From Dehalococcoidia bacterium (GTDB taxonomy: Bacteria; Chloroflexota; Dehalococcoidia; UBA2979): a stretch of DNA of 64,000 nucleotides. Each line of letters begins with the position of its first letter. Position 1 is the first letter of the stretch. The stretch lies in assembly GCA_045562675.1 (NCBI GenBank), contig JBJKVL010000008.1, forward strand, positions 131,775 through 195,774, written 5' to 3'. The notes beneath the pieces are model-generated. The model was not told where the DNA came from. It worked only from the letters and a program-made list of their open reading frames with translations, and ran no database searches. Both the position numbers and the translations under genes were made by a program. Below, piece after piece: positions 59,434 to 64,000 of the stretch.

Positions 59434-60213
59434 ATGAAAATATTAAGAAATTTCATTGATGTAAAAGGTAATCAGGTTCATTATCGCCAGTGTGGTACTG
59501 GACATCCTATAATTTTGTTGCATATGACTCCTGGCTCTTCAATGATTTATGAAGAATGCATGAAATTGCTTGCAGAATATGATTATCAGGTTTTTGCCAT
59601 TGATACTCCTGGTTACGGTGACAGTGATTCGATTGGTGAAAATAAGACAATAGAAGACTACAGTGAGATTATTAGTGAAGTTATTAAAACATTAAGATTA
59701 AAAAAAGTACATTTAGTTGGACTAAGCACAGGTAGTGTTATTGCAGCAGCTACTGCAATATATTACAGTGATTTTATTGATAGATTAATCCTTGTGGAGC
59801 CAGGGATCTTCAACACTCCAGATAGACAAAAGCGTGGATATCATGGCGTTAAGATTGGACTTGATAAAGATGGACAATATTTTGTAAATAGATGGAAACA
59901 GATTAGCAATGGGTTTGGAGGCAACCTGACCAATGACCAGGCATTTGTTTTATTTTTAGACGCTTTACGATCACACAAACATCAGCATGAAGCATACCAA
60001 GCACTGATTTATTATGATTTACTTAATGATCTACCAAAAATTACCGTTCCTACTCTTTTAATTAGTGGTGCTTTATCTACTCGTGAAGAGCCTATGGAAA
60101 CATTTAGTCAAAAAATAAATGATTCATCAATTGCAATAATTGAAAATGCAGCCAATGCACCTCCTCTCGAGCAACCACAAAAATTTGTTGAAACTGTATT
60201 ACAATGGCTATAG
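59434..60213 (+). CDS. alpha/beta-fold hydrolase
   Basis: 259 aa. ILLHMTPGSS, nucleophile elbow VGLSTGS, and a C-terminal acid/His region. Confidence 0.75.
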   Translation: MKILRNFIDVKGNQVHYRQCGTGHPIILLHMTPGSSMIYEECMKLLAEYDYQVFAIDTPGYGDSDSIGENKTIEDYSEIISEVIKTLRLKKVHLVGLSTGSVIAAATAIYYSDFIDRLILVEPGIFNTPDRQKRGYHGVKIGLDKDGQYFVNRWKQISNGFGGNLTNDQAFVLFLDALRSHKHQHEAYQALIYYDLLNDLPKITVPTLLISGALSTREEPMETFSQKINDSSIAIIENAANAPPLEQPQKFVETVLQWL

Positions 60214-61052
60214 ATTTACAAGTTCATTTTTGGGAACAACATTCTAAAGAACGCCCGCATCTCAATATTGCTATACCCAACTTGCCTTATCCGTTTGGCC
60301 CAGATGAAATGTTGCCTCTTATGAAAGATGCAGGGGTAGAGCATGTTGTCATAGTTCCTCCAGGATTTATGGGTGATAATAATAGCTACGCATTAGAATG
60401 CGTAGAGCAATACGCCGACAAATTTTCTGTTATGGGTTTAGTTGACATAAATAATATACGATTGAAAGAGAATATTTCAAATTGGCTTAATCAACCAGGC
60501 ATGATAGGCATTAGAACTCATCTTAGTAAAAGAATGCGTGATCGATGGTCAAGTGAGCAACAAGCGGATATTTTATGGCAATCATGTAGTGAATATCAAA
60601 TTCCTGTAGCAGTTTTTGCAGGAGGTGAAACTAGTTATTTAGAAAGTGTGTTAAAGAGGTATCCTAGTCTTTCTTTAATTATTGATCATTTTGGGCTTGG
60701 TCCGATAGATGCTAGTATAAAAAACGGAGTAGACTATCAGTCTTTTCGCGAGATGATGTCATTAAGTAAATATTCAAATGTGTATATCAAGGTTTCAACA
60801 TTACCTGTTCGGTCCTCTTCTGATTATCCATTTACTGATATGCATCAAGTTGTTCAGGAAACTATTAAGTCGTTTCGACCAGAACGAATGTTGTGGGCTA
60901 CTGATTTTACACAATCACTAAATAGAAATGGTTCGACATATATTGAAGAAGTTAATTTTTGGCGTTCAGGCATGCCCTTCCTCACGCAAACTGATATCGA
61001 TGCCATACTATCTATGAATGCAAAAAAAATTTTTCCACAATTAAATAATTAG
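60204..61052 (+). CDS. amidohydrolase-2 (ACMSD/TIM-barrel metal-dependent hydrolase/decarboxylase) family protein
   Basis: 282 aa. N-terminal IDLQVHFW, IIDHFG, and C-terminal WATDFTQ are typical of Amidohydro_2. Confidence 0.7.
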   Translation: MAIDLQVHFWEQHSKERPHLNIAIPNLPYPFGPDEMLPLMKDAGVEHVVIVPPGFMGDNNSYALECVEQYADKFSVMGLVDINNIRLKENISNWLNQPGMIGIRTHLSKRMRDRWSSEQQADILWQSCSEYQIPVAVFAGGETSYLESVLKRYPSLSLIIDHFGLGPIDASIKNGVDYQSFREMMSLSKYSNVYIKVSTLPVRSSSDYPFTDMHQVVQETIKSFRPERMLWATDFTQSLNRNGSTYIEEVNFWRSGMPFLTQTDIDAILSMNAKKIFPQLNN

Positions 61053-61648
61053 TTTTGGTTCTTTAGTGTTTCAATAAATAGGTTTCTTTTATTTGTGCTA
61101 TAAAGCTCTTTAAAATTATCTTTGAACTTATTTTTTTCGGGTTCCATAAATAGCTCCACAAAACTTAATTGATTGCTTGCAAGAATTTTTGGTATAGCTT
61201 TTTCCCATTTTTCAATGGAATTAAATGAAAATATTGATTCATAACCAGCAGCTTTTGCCATATCGGCAAATGAAATTGTTTTATTCCCAGGAATTATGAT
61301 GCTGCCATTTGTTTCATATGTGCCATTGATACATACGCAATGAATTAAATTTTTTGGCTTGATATTTCCAATTGTTACTAATGTGCCTAAATTCATTAAT
61401 AAGCTTCCATCACCATCTAAAACAATAACTCGTTTATTTGGTTTACCTAGAGCTAATCCTAATGCATGAGAAGAACCTTGCCCCATTGCACCAGTAAATG
61501 TGTAATTTAAATCTGAATTTGATATGTTTGCCCATGTTGTTGCTGCTTGATATACGGCGACAACAATTTCGTCTGTACGTACATTATTTAATAATTGGAG
61601 TGCTTCTAATCTGTCCATTGATTTTTTTTCATTGTGGCTCACTGCCAA
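61049..61648 (-). CDS. ThDP-dependent decarboxylase beta subunit (sulfopyruvate/phosphonopyruvate decarboxylase-like, ComE-type)
   Basis: 199 aa. ThDP-binding motif LDGDGSLLMNLGTLVTIG...N. The start may be the internal ATG at 61618. Confidence 0.7.
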   Translation of the reverse strand: MAVSHNEKKSMDRLEALQLLNNVRTDEIVVAVYQAATTWANISNSDLNYTFTGAMGQGSSHALGLALGKPNKRVIVLDGDGSLLMNLGTLVTIGNIKPKNLIHCVCINGTYETNGSIIIPGNKTISFADMAKAAGYESIFSFNSIEKWEKAIPKILASNQLSFVELFMEPEKNKFKDNFKELYSTNKRNLFIETLKNQN

Positions 61649-62132
61649 TTAAAACAACATGAGGCTTGCATGCATTGAATGATTTATTTATTAAACTGGT
61701 TATGCTTTGTTCATCTCCTGATTGATCTATGTAGCTGTATTCAATATTCATTGCTTCAAGTATAGGTTTTATAATTTTTAATCCGTAACGATTTGAATCA
61801 TTTGGATCTGTTCCTGATTCATGCCTCAACAATCCTACTAGTAGGAATGTTGGATTGCCTATTTCCACACTAACAGCTCGTAAACAATTAATTGAATCTA
61901 ATAAACCAGTATGCTGGATTAAAATCACAGATTTTTTGCCTGCAGCATATAACCCAGCAGATATTGATATTGCTTCATCTTCTTTGCAGACTTGAATCAC
62001 TTTTATTTCATTGTTATTTATTAGGGGCTTTAATATGTTTTCACTTGTTGTGATATCGGGAACTGACAAGACATATTCTATATTAGATTGATTTAGTTGT
62101 TTTATTATTTCTGTGCCAACAAGTTTTTGCAT
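61629..62132 (-). CDS. ThDP-dependent decarboxylase alpha subunit (ComD-type, pyrimidine-binding domain)
   Basis: 167 aa. VLSVPDITTSE...CKEDEAISISAGLYAAGKKSVILIQHTGL. Confidence 0.7.
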   Translation of the reverse strand: MQKLVGTEIIKQLNQSNIEYVLSVPDITTSENILKPLINNNEIKVIQVCKEDEAISISAGLYAAGKKSVILIQHTGLLDSINCLRAVSVEIGNPTFLLVGLLRHESGTDPNDSNRYGLKIIKPILEAMNIEYSYIDQSGDEQSITSLINKSFNACKPHVVLIGSEPQ

Positions 62133-62195
62133 ATTTTTATATTAGTTTGTGTAAGATATAATTTTCAACTATATAATGTTTCAATAAGGTTAAGT

Positions 62196-62981
62196 ATGCA
62201 TATAAATTTTTCTGATCAAGTTGCTGTTATTACTGGTGGATCAAAAGGAATAGGCCTTGCAACAGCAAAGCAATTTGTACAATCTGGAGCGAAAGTTGTG
62301 ATCTGCAGTAGATCACAAGATAATCTGGATAATGCAGTTAATGAAATTGAGCTTGCGCAAAATGTATTAGCAATACAATGCGACATTGGTAGTTCAAAAG
62401 ATGTTGATAGTTTATTTGAAAAGACATTAGCTACATTTGGCAAGATTGATATCTTAATAAATAATGCTGCTCCAACAAGCTGGGGTCCTTTAATTAATGA
62501 AGTCGATGAAGCAGCATGGCTAGAAGCTGTTAATGCAAAATTTATTGGCTATATTAGATGTACCAAGCTTGCTGTAGAAGATATGCTGCTTCGTAAAAGT
62601 GGCAGAATTATTAATATTGTAGGCATGGGTGGCAGAGGGCCAAACAAACGGTATTTGACTGGGGGACCAATTAATGCTGCGGTTCTCTCATTAACAAAAT
62701 CCTTAGCAAATAATTATGGTCCTGATGGGATTTTGGTTACTGCACTGTCACCTGGTCCTATTGATACTGGCCATCATGAAAATATATTAAATTGGATGGC
62801 TCAAGAATCAGGAATATCGTTTTCTCAAGCAAGAAACAATTTCCTGAATGGTATCCCTGTGCGCAGATATGGCACTCCTGATGAAGTTGCAAATACAATA
62901 GCATTTTTAGCTTCTGATAAAGCTAGTTATATTACTGGCTCTGAATTCTTGGTAGACGGTGGTCGATTTCGCAGCTTGTAA
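62196..62981 (+). CDS. short-chain dehydrogenase/reductase (SDR) family oxidoreductase
   Basis: TGGSKGIG cofactor motif, INNAA, and SPGPIDT. The active-site region is RYLTGGPINAAVLSLTK, non-classical with FabI-like spacing by eye. Start taken at ATG 62196. The ORF track starts at 62097. Confidence 0.78.
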   Translation: MHINFSDQVAVITGGSKGIGLATAKQFVQSGAKVVICSRSQDNLDNAVNEIELAQNVLAIQCDIGSSKDVDSLFEKTLATFGKIDILINNAAPTSWGPLINEVDEAAWLEAVNAKFIGYIRCTKLAVEDMLLRKSGRIINIVGMGGRGPNKRYLTGGPINAAVLSLTKSLANNYGPDGILVTALSPGPIDTGHHENILNWMAQESGISFSQARNNFLNGIPVRRYGTPDEVANTIAFLASDKASYITGSEFLVDGGRFRSL

Positions 62982-62995
62982 TTTAGGAAGAAATA

Positions 62996-63676
62996 ATGGA
63001 TAAAAAACATCTTGTAATTGCAACTGATAATGTATCTTTCAAAAATCATTTTCGTGATTTTTTTGATCAAGACAATTATGAAGTTTCTTATTTTGATTTA
63101 AATGTTGAAACAAATTTAACTGATGACATACTTGTTGATTCTAAAAGCACAGCTAATATTCAGAATGCAATCCAACAAGCATCTCTTCAAAGAGGAACAG
63201 TTGATGCATTTGTTAATTACTCTAATTTTATTCATTTAGACTATTTTTCTAATAATTATGAAGCATTAATGGAATATTGGGATTACAAAGTTCTAGGTTG
63301 TTTGAGATTAATCAGAGAAATCGCTGAAAATATGAAAAGTAATAATAAGGGCTCAATAGTTAATATTATTAATATACAATCAAGATTTCCAGAATTAAAT
63401 GATGCTATTGCGCTGTCAGCAGATATGGCTATTTTAAATTTAACAAAAGGTGTTGCTGCAGATTTGATTGACTATGGCGTTAAATGTAATTCCATTTCCT
63501 TAGGTGATTTTGAATTTAATAAATTTAATGAAAATGAGAAAGAGTTGATTCCAGCAAAAAGACTTGGTCAACCAATTGAACTAATGAACGTGCTACGATT
63601 TATTTTGTCTGATGAAAATCAGTATCTTGTTGGAGAAAATATTAATTTGGACGGAGGCTATTCGCGTCAATTATAA
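62996..63676 (+). CDS. degenerate SDR-fold protein (no glycine-rich dinucleotide motif, no obvious Tyr/Lys catalytic pair)
   Basis: 226 aa. N-terminus KHLVIATDNVSFKNHF replaces TGxxxGxG. The SDR-like C-terminal half is ALSADMAILNLTKGVAADLIDYGVKCNSISLG...GENINLDGG. Confidence 0.5.
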   Translation: MDKKHLVIATDNVSFKNHFRDFFDQDNYEVSYFDLNVETNLTDDILVDSKSTANIQNAIQQASLQRGTVDAFVNYSNFIHLDYFSNNYEALMEYWDYKVLGCLRLIREIAENMKSNNKGSIVNIINIQSRFPELNDAIALSADMAILNLTKGVAADLIDYGVKCNSISLGDFEFNKFNENEKELIPAKRLGQPIELMNVLRFILSDENQYLVGENINLDGGYSRQL

Positions 63677-64000
63677 TTTATATTTTTTTTCTGCATAGCG
63701 GTCCTCTATTCTTGTACTTTTTGTTCTTGTTTGTATTCCAAAAATTTGCCCACTCAAATCATTAAAATAGTATATTTCCCCTGCCTTATCCTCAGTTATA
63801 TGTCTTTCAAGGGGGGTTAATTTATTATCAAGTAATTTGTTGAAAACGCTTTTTACATCCCTGCATCTAAAGACAAATGATTGTCTAGAAGAAAGCCTAG
63901 AAGAGCATTTGTCTTTTGTTTCATCTCCATACATAAAATTGATTGTTGTGAATGCATCTATTGCTAGCTCAATATTTTCCTTGGATTCTTCAATGATAGA
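63671..64000 (-). CDS. hypothetical protein, possibly VOC/glyoxalase-like (partial; open to the window end)
   Basis: The reading frame stays open upstream of the ORF-track ATG (63934) to position 64000. The C-terminal pattern ...FVFRCRDVKSVFNKLLDNKLTP...AGEIYYFNDLSGQIFGI is weakly VOC-like. Confidence 0.3.
   Translation of the reverse strand, partial: SIIEESKENIELAIDAFTTINFMYGDETKDKCSSRLSSRQSFVFRCRDVKSVFNKLLDNKLTPLERHITEDKAGEIYYFNDLSGQIFGIQTRTKSTRIEDRYAEKKYKL

Overview
This is an AT-rich, tightly packed bacterial chromosomal window with about 70 genes, short or overlapping junctions, and many TTG/GTG starts. I found no rRNA, tRNA, CRISPR array, transposase, integrase or recognisable defence genes.

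Layout:
- 1-9.2 kb (minus strand): an arginine operon, argJ-argB-[UPF0182 membrane protein]-argD-argG-argH-rpe.
- 9.3-20 kb: housekeeping and redox genes. These are an endonuclease III-like gene, selD, a standalone groEL with a CIRCE operator, Ni-superoxide dismutase sodN with its peptidase sodX, an orphan nuoB-like gene behind a NifS-type cysteine desulfurase, an A-type Fe-S carrier, a hotdog thioesterase, DinB and an AI-2E permease.
- 23.8-29.7 kb: a SUF operon, sufC-sufB-sufD-Rieske-sufS-sufU-DUF59.
- 30-40 kb: a Tat-lipoprotein solute-binding protein, an MmgE/PrpD protein, a quinone oxidoreductase, and an acyl-CoA ligase / citrate synthase / AEC permease operon.
- 39-64 kb: a large paralog-rich catabolic island. 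It holds MaoC hotdog pairs, three crotonases, a fused double family-III CoA-transferase, a triple RidA fusion, two luciferase-like monooxygenases, alpha/beta hydrolases, an amidohydrolase, a split ThDP decarboxylase and SDRs. The style resembles marine Chloroflexota (SAR202-like) or marine actinobacterial genomes, but taxonomy cannot be settled from this window.

Main finding: the ORF track hides two selenoprotein genes, each interrupted by an in-frame TGA.
- selD really starts at 10014. Its TGA at 10065-10067 sits exactly at the catalytic Cys17-equivalent position.
- ORFs 56605-57021 and 57037-57654 are one 349-codon thioredoxin-fold (TlpA/ResA-like) gene. Its TGA at 57019-57021 lies in a W-U-G-C-R-x-D-x-P redox motif.
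- Both TGAs are followed by a candidate SECIS-like hairpin.

Other points of interest: single-chain fusions of normally oligomeric enzymes (RidA x3, CoA-transferase x2), a PNPOx-UbiA prenyltransferase fusion, a multiply frameshifted alpha/beta-hydrolase pseudogene next to a perfect 15-bp in-frame duplication, a solute-binding-protein homolog with no signal peptide, and a small Cys4 zinc-ribbon ORF missing from the ORF track.
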